Assembly: GCA_016198685.1 (NCBI GenBank)
Contig: JACQID010000008.1
Location: 74,148 to 138,147, forward strand
DNA: 64,000 nucleotides
Direction: 5' to 3'
Source: Candidatus Aenigmatarchaeota archaeon
Lineage (GTDB): Archaea; Aenigmatarchaeota; Aenigmatarchaeia; GW2011-AR5
Made by a program: the position numbers and the translations under genes
Notes under the pieces: generated by a model
What the model was told of the DNA's origin: nothing
The model's input: the letters and a program-made list of their open reading frames with translations, nothing else
The model's database searches: none
Shown here: piece after piece, positions 1-9,558 of the stretch
Layout: each line of letters begins with the position of its first letter
Numbering within the stretch: position 1 is the first letter of the stretch

Positions 1-966
1 ATAGTTCGGCTTTTCCTTTCTCAGAAATTCTCAAAGCCTGTCAAATGGTATTATATTAATAAAGTCTGGCGTTACGAGGATATTTCCAAAGGGAGATGGC
101 GTGAATTCTCTCAATGCGATGCCGAGATTATAGGCTCGCCTTCGGCTGAAGCAGATTCTGAAATCCTTGGCGTTGCGATAGATTGCCTGCTTTCGCTGGG
201 GGTAAAGGATATAGATGTCCGGATAAACAGCCGCAAAATCATGGATTCTATGGCTGAGAAAGCCGGCATCAAAGAGAAGGACGCCTTATTCAGGGCAATA
301 GACAAGCTTGAAAAGAAAGGCGAATCTGAGGTAAGAAAAGAGCTTTCTTCTTTTGCCAATGCAAAGCAGATCGATATCGTCATGAAGGCCGTGCGCTCTT
401 CTTCAGGAGAGCCTGAATTAGATGGCATAATAGCATTGTTGCCGCAGGCATACCGCAAATTCGTGAAACAGGATTTTTCAATAGCACGTGGTCTTGATTA
501 TTATACGGGCTTCATATTCGAAATACGCATAAAGGGCGCGGAGTCTCTTGGCTCTGTGCTTGGAGGCGGCCGGTATGATCGTCTCATAGAAAAATACGGA
601 GGCGAGCCTACGCCTGCGACAGGTTTTGGACTTGGCATCGACCGCGTGATAGCAGGAATGAGTAATACTGCACTCAGTGAGCCGAAAGGACTTTTCATAA
701 TTTCTCTAAGCGAACCTGCTAAAGAAAAGGCTCGTGAATTAGCGCAGGAATTGCGCGTAGCGGGTATCGTTGCCGAAACTGACCTGATGGGTCGTCCTCT
801 CTCCAAGCAGCTTGATTATGCAAACAAAAAAGGCGTGAAATACACACTTGTCATAGGCGACAAAGAGCTTTCTTCCGGCAGGGCCATGCTTCGTGACATG
901 AAAAGCGGGAAAGAAATTCAAGTTGGCTTGAAGGCGAAGGAAATCGCGAAAACGCTATCGGCTTGA
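1..966 (+). CDS. hisS: Histidyl-tRNA synthetase, 5'-truncated by the window edge
   Basis: Frame is open from base 1 (..VWRYEDISKGRWREFSQ.., class II motif 2). Also ARGLDYYTG, GGGRYD, GFGLGIDR and an anticodon-binding C-terminal domain. Confidence 0.95.
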   Translation: MVRLFLSQKFSKPVKWYYINKVWRYEDISKGRWREFSQCDAEIIGSPSAEADSEILGVAIDCLLSLGVKDIDVRINSRKIMDSMAEKAGIKEKDALFRAIDKLEKKGESEVRKELSSFANAKQIDIVMKAVRSSSGEPELDGIIALLPQAYRKFVKQDFSIARGLDYYTGFIFEIRIKGAESLGSVLGGGRYDRLIEKYGGEPTPATGFGLGIDRVIAGMSNTALSEPKGLFIISLSEPAKEKARELAQELRVAGIVAETDLMGRPLSKQLDYANKKGVKYTLVIGDKELSSGRAMLRDMKSGKEIQVGLKAKEIAKTLSA

Positions 967-1212
967 TTTTTTGCGGTCCGTGCTTTTTCTGCTTTTGCCC
1001 ATCATCTTCTTGCGGACGGCAAAATAATATACGAGTGCGCCTATAGGGCCGCCTATGAATATTATGATTATCCAAAGCAGCTTATCCTTGAAGTCGCGCT
1101 GTATGCAGTCAATGAGCATCCATACGGTAAATGCAAGAGAGGCGAAACCGAGAATCATAGCTAACAGAAAAAACACGCCGAATAATAATGCTAAACCTTC
1201 AAGAAGGCTCAT
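955..1212 (-). CDS. Small membrane protein with PLDc_N-like (phospholipase D-nuclease N-terminal) helices
   Basis: MSLLEGLALL...WMLIDCIQRDFKDKLLWIIIIFIGGPIGALVYYF matches the PLDc_N pattern. ATG at 1212 is preferred to the longer track start. Confidence 0.7.
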   Translation of the reverse strand: MSLLEGLALLFGVFFLLAMILGFASLAFTVWMLIDCIQRDFKDKLLWIIIIFIGGPIGALVYYFAVRKKMMGKSRKSTDRKKSSR

Positions 1213-1272
1213 TCTCTTACATGGTAATATTCTATATATAAAGATAATACATCGAGGTTGCATTCTCATAGA

Positions 1273-1484
1273 ATGCAATCAAAATGTCCGCTGTACAGCA
1301 GTACGAAATTCAGCGTAGGGAACACGGATGTTATCGGAAAGCCCGACTGGTTTTCATACTATCCTTCTGAGGAAAGTCTATATTGAGAAAATCCACAGAC
1401 ATCAAAGTGTTTGCCTGCATGAAATGCGGGAACATGATCTTCACGGCCGATATAGATCAGCTAAAGCAGATAGTAAAGAAATGA
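1273..1484 (+). pseudogene. Frameshifted Zn-ribbon protein
   Basis: MQSKCPLYSSTKF...YYPSE stops at 1384-1386. The -1 frame continues GKSILRKSTDIKVFACMKCGNMIF...KK* to 1484. The first CxxC reads CPLY. Confidence 0.55.
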
Positions 1485-1544
1485 TTAATATTTCCCGCAA
1501 ACCGACTATCGTAATAATACGTTATTTATGGTGCCCGTTCCAGT

Positions 1545-1655
1545 TTAATATCCAGCCATGACCCTCGCTTCCTCAAGGACGATACCACATTTCATGCAGT
1601 ATGCTTCAAAACTGCTGTAAATCACTTTTCCGGACTTGCAGTTGGAACATTTCAT
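1545..1655 (-). CDS. 36-aa TFIIB-type Zn-ribbon microprotein (below the ORF-track cutoff)
   Basis: Manual translation MKCSNCKSGKVIYSSFEAYCMKCGIVLEEARVMAGY*, with two CxxC pairs and CG(I/L)VLEE as in TFIIB ribbons. Confidence 0.6.
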   Translation of the reverse strand: MKCSNCKSGKVIYSSFEAYCMKCGIVLEEARVMAGY

Positions 1656-1911
1656 AATTTAATTATCGTTTTTATGCAATAAACATTTTTCCGTGCTCTG
1701 ACCAATAGATTTCAATAAATATGATAGGTTATCTCAATTGCCATGGGTTCTCATGAGTATGGCCTATGTCGGCATTCAATAAGCTTTATAAGAATTTCGA
1801 TAGTAATCAGTCATAGGCTCTTACTTCTGCCGGCGAAAGCCGGTTAGGTTAGAACACAAAATAAAACATAGAGTTAGAATATAAAACAAAAGCATAGAAT
1901 AGGTGAAATAA

Positions 1912-3735
1912 ATGAAAGAAAAGAATGCGCACAGCGCGCAGAACGTACAGAAGATTGTACCCGATACCAGCGTGATAATATCCGGCATACTGTCGGATCT
2001 GGTGAAGAAAGGCGAATTGAAAGGGATAGAGATTATAATTCCAGAATTCGTTGTAGAGGAGCTCCGCTCCCAGGCATCCCGCGGCCGCGAGATCGGCTTC
2101 AAGGGTCTGAGGGAACTGAAGGAAATCCGCGCCCTTGAGGAAGAAAAGAAGCTTACTGTCATAAGAACAGGCAGACGCCAGACAATGGAAGAAATCCAGC
2201 TTGCCAAGTACGGCAGGATAGACGGACTCATAGTTGACGTCGCCAAACAGGAAAAAGCGGTTCTTTACACTTCTGATCGTGTCCAGCATCTGGTCGCTGA
2301 AGCCGAAGGTGTAGTTTCGGTATTCTTTGAGCCTTACCAGAAAAAGGAGACGGTTCTTGCAAAGATGCTCACAGACGATACAATGAGCTTGCATCTCAAG
2401 GAAAAATGCGCGCCTATGGCCAAGCGGGGAAGACCTGGCGAAATGAAGCTTGTGAAAATATCAGACGATCTTCTTACAGAAGAGCAAATGGAATCTATAA
2501 TAAAAGAGGTCATGGATGCATGCCGGTACGAGGAGGATTCGTTCCTTGAAGTGGACGGTCATACAGCCAGCGTAGTTCAGATGGGCAATATGCGTATTGC
2601 AATAGCAAGGCCGCCGTATTCTGACGGCATAGAAATCTCGGTTGTAAGGCCAACAGCGAAGCTTACGCTTGACGATTACAAGCTTTCTGAGAAACTGAAG
2701 AAGCGCCTCGAAGGCAAAGCCGAAGGTATACTGCTCTCCGGCCCCCCAGGATCGGGAAAAAGCACTTTCGCCGCGTCATTGGCGGAGTTCTACGAAAGCA
2801 AAAGCAAGATAGTAAAGACCATGGAATCGCCGCGTGATCTTCAGGTGAGACCGGAAATAACGCAGTACACAAAATTGAAAGGAAGCTTTGAGAATACGGC
2901 AGACATGCTTCTGCTTGTTCGTCCGGATTATGTAATCTTTGATGAAGTCCGCAAGACCAACGACTTCCATGTTTTTTCGGACATGCGCCTTGCAGGCATA
3001 GGCATGATAGGCGTTGTGCATGCAACAGATCCGGTAAGCTCGGTTCAGCGTTTCATTGGCAGGGTTGAAATGGGCATGATACCGCATATCGTAGATACGG
3101 TCGTGTATATCAAGGACGGCAAGGTAGGCAAGATATATACCCTCTCACTCATAGTCAGGACGCCTACCGGCATGACGGAAGCCGATTTGGCAAGGCCGAT
3201 AGTGGAAGTACGCGACTTTGAAAGCAATGCCCTTGAATATGAAATATACAGTTACGGTGAAGAGAACGTCATAATACCTGTCAAGGAAGAGGCAACTTCT
3301 GCAGTGCAAGAATTGGCTAAGAAACAAATTCTTGCAGAATTGCGCAAATACGACAGGAACGCAGAAGTCGAATTCCTTTCTGACAACAGCATAACGGCAT
3401 ACGTAGAGAACGATGTGATGGCAAGAATAATCGGCAAAGAAGGCCGCAACATCAAGGAACTTGAAGAAAAACTTGGCTTGAGGATAGACGTTTCTCCAAG
3501 AGTCGCCACTATGGGCAAGGAAGCCAAGTTTGTCTACGACGAATCGGGCGGATACATACTCTTTAACTTTAACGAGCGGCTTCAGGGCCATGTAGCGAAT
3601 TTTCACGTTGACGGCGAGTATCTGTTCTCGGCGACCATAGGGAAAGGAGGAAGCGTCCGGGTTTCGAAAACAAGCGACACGGGCAAGGAACTAATGAAGG
3701 CATTGGTCAAGGGAAGCCTCACTACATTCGTGTAG
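1912..3735 (+). CDS. pina: PIN-domain/ATPase/KH protein (PINA-type branch-migration ATPase)
   Basis: N-terminal PIN (VPDTSVII), Walker A GPPGSGKS, Walker B VIFDEVR, C-terminal KH (IIGKEG). 607 aa. Confidence 0.88.
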   Translation: MKEKNAHSAQNVQKIVPDTSVIISGILSDLVKKGELKGIEIIIPEFVVEELRSQASRGREIGFKGLRELKEIRALEEEKKLTVIRTGRRQTMEEIQLAKYGRIDGLIVDVAKQEKAVLYTSDRVQHLVAEAEGVVSVFFEPYQKKETVLAKMLTDDTMSLHLKEKCAPMAKRGRPGEMKLVKISDDLLTEEQMESIIKEVMDACRYEEDSFLEVDGHTASVVQMGNMRIAIARPPYSDGIEISVVRPTAKLTLDDYKLSEKLKKRLEGKAEGILLSGPPGSGKSTFAASLAEFYESKSKIVKTMESPRDLQVRPEITQYTKLKGSFENTADMLLLVRPDYVIFDEVRKTNDFHVFSDMRLAGIGMIGVVHATDPVSSVQRFIGRVEMGMIPHIVDTVVYIKDGKVGKIYTLSLIVRTPTGMTEADLARPIVEVRDFESNALEYEIYSYGEENVIIPVKEEATSAVQELAKKQILAELRKYDRNAEVEFLSDNSITAYVENDVMARIIGKEGRNIKELEEKLGLRIDVSPRVATMGKEAKFVYDESGGYILFNFNERLQGHVANFHVDGEYLFSATIGKGGSVRVSKTSDTGKELMKALVKGSLTTFV

Positions 3736-3737
3736 CT

Positions 3738-3831
3738 CTTTAAAACCCACCGCTTGAAAGCGGTGGATTTGCACATCGAATTCCCGTTGTTTCATCCGCC
3801 GTGTTAATACGGCGGAATTCGATGTTTAAAG
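3738..3831. repeat. Nested inverted repeats between pina and tRNA-Arg
   Basis: CCACCGCT/AGCGGTGG (3747-3766), ACATCGAATTCC/GGAATTCGATGT (3773-3784, 3814-3825), inner TCCGCCGT/ACGGCGGA, flanking CTTTAAA/TTTAAAG. Confidence 0.75.
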
Positions 3832-3856
3832 GTTTCTTTGAGATTTATTTCAGCAA

Positions 3857-3972
3857 GCTCGCGTAGCTCAGCTTGGACAGAGCACTTCCCTCCTAGAGGT
3901 GACCTGAGCCGCAAGGCGATGAAGATTCCTGGAGTGAGGAAGGGGTCGCGCGTTCAAATCGCGTCGCGGGCG
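3857..3972 (+). tRNA. tRNA-Arg(CCT) with a 41-nt intron at 37/38 (3896-3936)
   Basis: Cloverleaf GCTCGCG/CGCGGGC, anticodon stem CTTCC/GGAAG, canonical BHB (CTCC/GGAG, bulges TAG and TGA). Confidence 0.95.
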
Positions 3973-4111
3973 TTTAAGTATTCGGATATCAAATCCAATA
4001 TCCGGCAAGTTGCCATTTTTTATTATCTGCTTTTGCGCAAAGACGCATCCAGTAACCTATAAATATTTCCGGCGACATGGTCATTGATATAATAATTACA
4101 GAGGTTTCCCG

Positions 4112-5419
4112 ATGAATAAGTTTTTATTGCCACTTCTTGGTTTTTTCTTTCTCGCTGTTCCTGTTTATGCAAATGTGAATCTTACTGTAAACGGCACTGA
4201 CATCGCTCCTGCGTTCATCAACACAATAGACAGGACAGCAATGCTTAACCTTACCTTTAACATAACCGGGGATATAGGTGTGGCGAGTTCTATCGTAAAT
4301 GTAACTTATATAAACGTGACTATAATTAACTCTTCTTTCGGATTCAATATAAGCAATATAACTGCGGTGGAAATAATCAACGCCTCAGGCGATGTCATAG
4401 CTTCTAATACAACAAATTCCAGCGCCTCGAATTTCACAATATTTTTCATAAGAACTAACGGGTTTGTTGTCAATTCTTCTCACGGGAATTCAAGCTTTAT
4501 AATATCGCTCAACATATCCTCCGCCGGAGCATTAGACAACGCTACTGGCGTGAATATATCGGCCAATAGCTCTATAGTTACGGCGGGCAACATCAATATA
4601 ACCGTAGGAAGCAACCGAGGATATACGCATGCATATTCCAATTTCTCGCGCATAGCGGATATCCATGCATCAGCAAGCGTCAGCCCACGATATGTGGATA
4701 CTTTCACAATCAATCAGACGATGATTTATACAATAAACGTCACGGGCAGGGACGACATAGGCAATGTCACCATCACACTTCCGGTGGAGTACACAAACAT
4801 TTCCATACAGCAGATTAAGAAAGACGGTTCTGTTGTTTCTACAGACGTCACAAGCAGCAATGTAAGCAGCAAAATCAATATAACCTTCACTACTGCCGCC
4901 GGTTCTAGCATAATAATCAATTTCACGGTTAATTCTTCAGTTGCGACAGGCAATCTGACCTTGAACACGACATTGAAGGATTACAGATTGAACACAACGG
5001 CCAATGATAATAATACGGGCGTTTCGGTGTCGCCCATAATCACAATCCATAGCATAGTCGGATCAAAGCTGACAGCGCTGCCCAATGGCACGGATTACTG
5101 GGAATTCAATTTCACGCTTAACTTTTCGGCCAATATCAGCGGAGGATTCATGTTCAGGATGCTGGATTGGACAAACAACGCGAGCCAAACAATAAACGTG
5201 AATACGACCAATACGAGCTATGCAGAAGTGCGCCTGGATGCAGACGGCACTAAGAGCGCAAATATAACGAATTCCTATGTATTATCAAGATATCTTCCCA
5301 TGACATTGGTTTCCACCTCACAGCAGCGCATTGCGCTAAAGATGATACTGCCTGCAGGCACCCCGGTATCTTCAACGTGGTGGTCCACGTATTTCATGCT
5401 GTTCAGGACAGACCCTTGA
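4112..5419 (+). CDS. Secreted, sequon-dense surface glycoprotein candidate (beta-rich)
   Basis: Signal peptide. Roughly 40 N-x-S/T sequons in 435 aa by manual count. Confidence 0.7.
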   Translation: MNKFLLPLLGFFFLAVPVYANVNLTVNGTDIAPAFINTIDRTAMLNLTFNITGDIGVASSIVNVTYINVTIINSSFGFNISNITAVEIINASGDVIASNTTNSSASNFTIFFIRTNGFVVNSSHGNSSFIISLNISSAGALDNATGVNISANSSIVTAGNINITVGSNRGYTHAYSNFSRIADIHASASVSPRYVDTFTINQTMIYTINVTGRDDIGNVTITLPVEYTNISIQQIKKDGSVVSTDVTSSNVSSKINITFTTAAGSSIIINFTVNSSVATGNLTLNTTLKDYRLNTTANDNNTGVSVSPIITIHSIVGSKLTALPNGTDYWEFNFTLNFSANISGGFMFRMLDWTNNASQTINVNTTNTSYAEVRLDADGTKSANITNSYVLSRYLPMTLVSTSQQRIALKMILPAGTPVSSTWWSTYFMLFRTDP

Positions 5420-5429
5420 GGTATAAAAA

Positions 5430-6722
5430 ATGAAATATTTAGCAGCCTTTTTGTTAGCTTTTTCCATCTTTTTGTTGCCGGCATTTGCAGACACATCCGG
5501 CGACATAAATACGTCTCTGCCCCAGCCAATAGTAACGGGGTTCTTTGCTTATTCCGCAGGAAACTGCACGCAGAATTATGGATACCCGCCCAGCGGCTGC
5601 GGGACGTATCAATGCTTCTTCGTTGCAGGCAGCACGTCAAACGGCTCCTGCAGGCCTACAGTCAATACCGCATGCTATCAGGGCGGAACGTGGTATGCTA
5701 CAGGTTCGAGCGGCCCATCGTGCAAGAATGATACTCATAAATGGAGTTGCAGTTCCGGAACATGGGCCGCCAGTGAGTGCAGCAACGGCTGCTCGGCAGG
5801 AGCATGTGCAAGCTCAAGCACAGATACCAGTACGAGTACCAGCACTTCAAGCAACAGCAACAGCACGACTACAACAGTCAAATATTCGCTTTCAATAACA
5901 TCATCAATTGATGACTTTAGTCTGATTCAAAATAGCTCTGCATTGAAATCATTGACTGTGAAGAATAACGGGGACGCGAAAGTCAATAATACCAAGCTTA
6001 TTGTGGCAGGCATTCCTGATGCATGGGTCATTATATCACCGGCATCGTTTACTACAATAAACGTCAGCTCGTCCGTTTCTTTCACTTTGAGTTTCGTAAT
6101 ACCTGAGAATGCGACCGTTAAGGAGTACGATGTCACGCTTACTGCCAAGTCAGATCAAGCGGAAGCTTCGGATATCTTTAAACTCAAGGTGCTTCCAAGC
6201 ACCCAAACGGTGCAGAACGTAATAATCCCGCGTTATGATGGCCTGGGCGCAATACTTCTGGAGCTGGAAAAGAATCTTACAGAATTAAGGAATGCCGGGA
6301 TCAACAGCACCGAGATAGAGGCTCTTTTTGCGGACATAAGGGCAAAGATATTGCAGGCGAATACTTCTATATCGTCTTCGGATTATTTTGCGGCCTCTAC
6401 GACAATGGATGCAATAGATTCGTTGAGTGCAGAGCTCACGCAGAAAATAGAAGCTGCCAAGGCGGCACAAAGCTCTAACACGGTTATTATCATAATTATA
6501 GTCATAGTCCTGATAGCTCTGGGAGTGGTTGCCTATATGCTCATGCCATCCAAATTTTCCTCTGGCAAGAACTTGCCGTGGAAAGATGACAAAGACAGCA
6601 GCGGATTCCGACCAGGCAAGGGCTTTGTTCCGTCTGAAACCTCGCAGATATCCAAGATAATGAGCGATATCCAGAGGAAGAAAAAAGAAAGTGCCCGCTA
6701 TCAATTCGGTGGCAAGCAATGA
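5430..6722 (+). CDS. Membrane-anchored surface protein (Cys-rich domain, S/T linker, CARDB/Ig-like domain, helical stalk, TM)
   Basis: Signal peptide, Cys-rich N-terminus, STDTSTSTSTSS linker, LTVKNNGDAKVNN CARDB-like segment, C-terminal IIIIIVIVLIAL TM helix. Confidence 0.7.
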   Translation: MKYLAAFLLAFSIFLLPAFADTSGDINTSLPQPIVTGFFAYSAGNCTQNYGYPPSGCGTYQCFFVAGSTSNGSCRPTVNTACYQGGTWYATGSSGPSCKNDTHKWSCSSGTWAASECSNGCSAGACASSSTDTSTSTSTSSNSNSTTTTVKYSLSITSSIDDFSLIQNSSALKSLTVKNNGDAKVNNTKLIVAGIPDAWVIISPASFTTINVSSSVSFTLSFVIPENATVKEYDVTLTAKSDQAEASDIFKLKVLPSTQTVQNVIIPRYDGLGAILLELEKNLTELRNAGINSTEIEALFADIRAKILQANTSISSSDYFAASTTMDAIDSLSAELTQKIEAAKAAQSSNTVIIIIIVIVLIALGVVAYMLMPSKFSSGKNLPWKDDKDSSGFRPGKGFVPSETSQISKIMSDIQRKKKESARYQFGGKQ

Positions 6723-7393
6723 ACTTCAGGCATGCAGGCAAGGCCATAGGCGGACTTCTGTTCCCGCTCATACTGACACTTTTCGTGATTGCACTTTCGC
6801 TTTCACAAATAATGGAAGGCGGGGCCCTCAAGGATATCTTCATAGAAGTTATCTCGTCTCAAGTGCCTGAAGATGTCGATGATGCCAGCTTAGTTGCCGC
6901 ATTCATCGCCCAGTGCAGCGGGAAAGAAACCCTCCAAGTTGATATTGGTGGGGAATATCTTCCCGTGAAATGTGAAGAGATGCGGAAATCAAAAACCGCT
7001 GAAGATGTGGCAGGCGCCATATTTGATGCGCAATACGCAAAAAAATATGACTGCAGTTTTATCGATTGCGTGAAATTCATTCCCGGAATAATCGCAACAG
7101 CGCAGGGCAACGGCGTCATAAAGAATTTATCCTACATCTTTTTGGCATTGAGCGTTATTTTTGGCGCGGTGCTCATGGCATCACTCAAAGGATTTGGCAG
7201 ATTGACTTGGTTTGGAATCGCTGTAATTTCGGTCGGCGTAATGTACTTCCCGCTTCTTTATATGCCTAATATTGCAGGCGGCTTGGAAACCACCATGGTA
7301 AAGACTTTCGCATCCAATTTTTTGATAGTCCTGGTAGCAGGCTTTGCCATCGCAGCGGCAGGCGTCATTGGCGGATTGCTGAAAAAGAAATAG
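6719..7393 (+). CDS. Multi-pass membrane protein with a Cys-containing external loop
   Basis: One N-terminal and about three C-terminal hydrophobic helices. The start overlaps the previous stop (ATGA). Confidence 0.7.
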   Translation: MNFRHAGKAIGGLLFPLILTLFVIALSLSQIMEGGALKDIFIEVISSQVPEDVDDASLVAAFIAQCSGKETLQVDIGGEYLPVKCEEMRKSKTAEDVAGAIFDAQYAKKYDCSFIDCVKFIPGIIATAQGNGVIKNLSYIFLALSVIFGAVLMASLKGFGRLTWFGIAVISVGVMYFPLLYMPNIAGGLETTMVKTFASNFLIVLVAGFAIAAAGVIGGLLKKK

Positions 7394-7691
7394 GATTTTT
7401 GGAAAGCATATTGCAGATTTCGCAGAATTTGGCAGGGAGATCGTCTTTGCCGATGACTTTGGCGTGAAGTGCGCGGGATATTTCCTTTATTGCTTGCCTT
7501 ACAGGTTCTTCCTGTAGTATGCCTCTACCTCGCAGGCTTCTCATGTACTGTGAAACTGCAGGCTGCGTTATGCCTATCAAAGATGCCGCTTCACCCTGGC
7601 TCATGCCATAATCAGCAATAAGGTCCTTTGCAATCATGGCTCTTAAGGAGGGAAAAATTTCCCGTACCATGTATTCGCAGAACGGCTGCAT
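7365..7691 (-). CDS. XRE-like HTH transcriptional regulator
   Basis: PSLRAMIAKDL...MSQGEAASLIGITQPAVSQY HTH, with N-terminal PCE and C-terminal CxxC typical of this archaeal family. Confidence 0.8.
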   Translation of the reverse strand: MQPFCEYMVREIFPSLRAMIAKDLIADYGMSQGEAASLIGITQPAVSQYMRSLRGRGILQEEPVRQAIKEISRALHAKVIGKDDLPAKFCEICNMLSKNPISFSAIRQ

Positions 7692-7728
7692 GAGAAATAA
7701 TGCGGACTGGAGTTTAAAAATCCACTGC

Positions 7729-8193
7729 TTAGAATGATCTCCCGATGGATATTGCTCTTCCTTTTTCGCTTTTCACTGCCGCAAGCCCGTTCTTTTCAAG
7801 GAATCTTCCCCACTCCTCTATCTGCAATTCATGCACGTGAAGTTTTCTTGACATTTCTTTCACGTTGACTTCCCCCTTGTCAACTATTTCATCAAAAAGC
7901 ATGCTGACATTTTTGTCCGAAGACATCTTTACTATCTCGGCATTGTCCTTCATGAAAGGCACTATGAACCTACGGAACACGTCCTTGTGAAGTTTATTTT
8001 CCTTAGGCACCAAAGCAAGCAGCTTACGGCTGGATTCCAGCAGGGTTTCCCTTTCGCTCATGAGCGTTTTCCTTTCTTCTCCAAGTTGCTTCACTACATC
8101 TGCCAATACCGCAACTGAGGAACTGACTTTATTCAGTTTTTCTTCCATCGCTCTTATTCGTTTTTCAGTTCTTTCGTCGCGGTCCTCAAACAT
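7729..8193 (-). CDS. Coiled-coil protein with a C-terminal winged-helix-like domain
   Basis: Heptad-rich N-terminus. C-terminal LFDEIVDKGEVNVKEMSRKLHVHELQIEEWGRFLEKNGL. Confidence 0.6.
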   Translation of the reverse strand: MFEDRDERTEKRIRAMEEKLNKVSSSVAVLADVVKQLGEERKTLMSERETLLESSRKLLALVPKENKLHKDVFRRFIVPFMKDNAEIVKMSSDKNVSMLFDEIVDKGEVNVKEMSRKLHVHELQIEEWGRFLEKNGLAAVKSEKGRAISIGRSF

Positions 8194-8329
8194 AGAACTG
8201 AAATAAATGCAAAGATTATAAAACCTATCGGTCCTGAAAAGCTTTCTGAATCGGAAAGAAGCTTTTATTAAACTACGTAAATCAGGCTTTCATTACAGTA
8301 TTAAACGTTGAATGCTATATCTTTTCTGT

Positions 8330-8461
8330 GCCGGCGTCGCATAACCTGGCAACTCCGCGCTTTTTGAAAATTAAGCATGGCATCGGGAAATTGCGCTGGT
8401 CTCGAATTAACGGGATAACCAGTGTCCTCTGGACTTGCAGGTTCAAATCCTGCCGCCGGCG
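8330..8461 (+). tRNA. tRNA-Ser(CGA) with two introns: D-loop 20/21 (8351-8389, 39 nt) and 37/38 (8407-8416, 10 nt)
   Basis: Acceptor GCCGGCG/CGCCGGC. Removing both inserts gives a D-arm matching tRNA-Ser(TGA) and the arm CTGGT-CTCGAAA-ACCAG. BHB cores CCTG/CGGG and CTCG/CGGG. Long variable arm. Confidence 0.88.
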
Positions 8462-8617
8462 TCTTATTTTCATAAATCCCTCATTTATATGCATTTAACA
8501 GCCCTCCGGTTGCGCATTTTAGCCAAAAATCCCATCTGCCTATAATGGCAAGAAACGACCGGTTTCCGCCAAATTTACCTAAAATTGGAGCCAGTGTTGC
8601 GGATTTGTTGATAGGAT

Positions 8618-9550
8618 TTATATCCCGCCGGCTCGAGTTTCTTCGAGGTACTTGATTATCATGTTTGTCATTGGCCTTAGGTCGGACTTGTTGCCGGCCT
8701 CCAGAGTGGCATAATACGTCGCCCTTTCCCTGCTCTTTATGTTTATCATGGGCAGGCCGCTCTTCCGCAGGGTGAAATTAAGCAGGAGCCTGCCAACACG
8801 ACCATTGCCGTCCCGGAATGGGTGTATCGATTCAAAGACGTGATGGAAATAGGCGGCTATAACGACCGGATGATATTTTTTCTTGTTTGACCTGTACCAT
8901 AACATCAGATGCTTGAACTGTTTCTGTACTTCGCCTGGGGGCGGCGGAGTGAAGCTGGCCCCCCTTACATAAACCTGAATGTCCCTGAATCTGCCTGAAT
9001 GCTTCCATAGAATATTATGCATTAGGAGTTTGTGAAGCTTCAGAACAAAAGCCCTGTTTATGTCACCTTTGTATGAAAGCATGTAGTCGAAAGCGTCTTT
9101 GTGGTTCTGGACCTCGCTTATTTCCCTCAGGGTTTTTCCTTTAGGAACTACCTTGTCAAAAAGTATCATTCCGGTTTCCTGGAGGGTGATCGTAGAGCCC
9201 TCTATGGCGTTAGTGTCGTAAGTGAACTCCGTGACAAAATGCTCATAGTAGTTTTCGTAAACGCTATTAGTCACTTTCGGCTTGTTTTTCAGGTAAGATT
9301 CCTTGATCTGGTTCAAGCGTTTTTTCTGGTCTTCTGAAATGAGTCCGAAAAGCGGATCTGACTGCATCTTTGCTTCGTTGACTTTTGCGGTTAATTCTGA
9401 TTTTTTTGCCTTCATGCGTTTTTCAATTTCTTTCTTTGTGAGATCTTTTCCAAGATAAATCCTCACCTTTTTCCATCTGCCTCCTTGGCGCACATTGTTA
9501 ACAATATAAAAATATGCACCATGTCCTCTTTTCTGCTTCTCAGTATACAT
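8618..9550 (-). CDS. Fic-domain protein (class II, auto-inhibitory motif) with an N-terminal beta-rich extension
   Basis: HPFRDGNGRVGR catalytic motif and TNAIEG (S/T)xxxE(G/N) motif. ATG 9550 is preferred over 9571 because of TATA spacing. Confidence 0.9.
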   Translation of the reverse strand: MYTEKQKRGHGAYFYIVNNVRQGGRWKKVRIYLGKDLTKKEIEKRMKAKKSELTAKVNEAKMQSDPLFGLISEDQKKRLNQIKESYLKNKPKVTNSVYENYYEHFVTEFTYDTNAIEGSTITLQETGMILFDKVVPKGKTLREISEVQNHKDAFDYMLSYKGDINRAFVLKLHKLLMHNILWKHSGRFRDIQVYVRGASFTPPPPGEVQKQFKHLMLWYRSNKKKYHPVVIAAYFHHVFESIHPFRDGNGRVGRLLLNFTLRKSGLPMINIKSRERATYYATLEAGNKSDLRPMTNMIIKYLEETRAGGI

Positions 9551-9558
9551 GCAGTTTA

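Noticed and set aside
1912-3735. Type IV pilus or secretion ATPase partnering the T2SS-F gene
   Set aside because: The PIN-ATPase-KH architecture identifies PINA, not an assembly ATPase.
5545-5898. Alternative-frame and antisense ORFs within long genes (e.g. 5545-5898, 21101-21577, 52382-53059)
   Set aside because: They are nested in well-supported genes and lack motifs, so they are treated as shadow ORFs.
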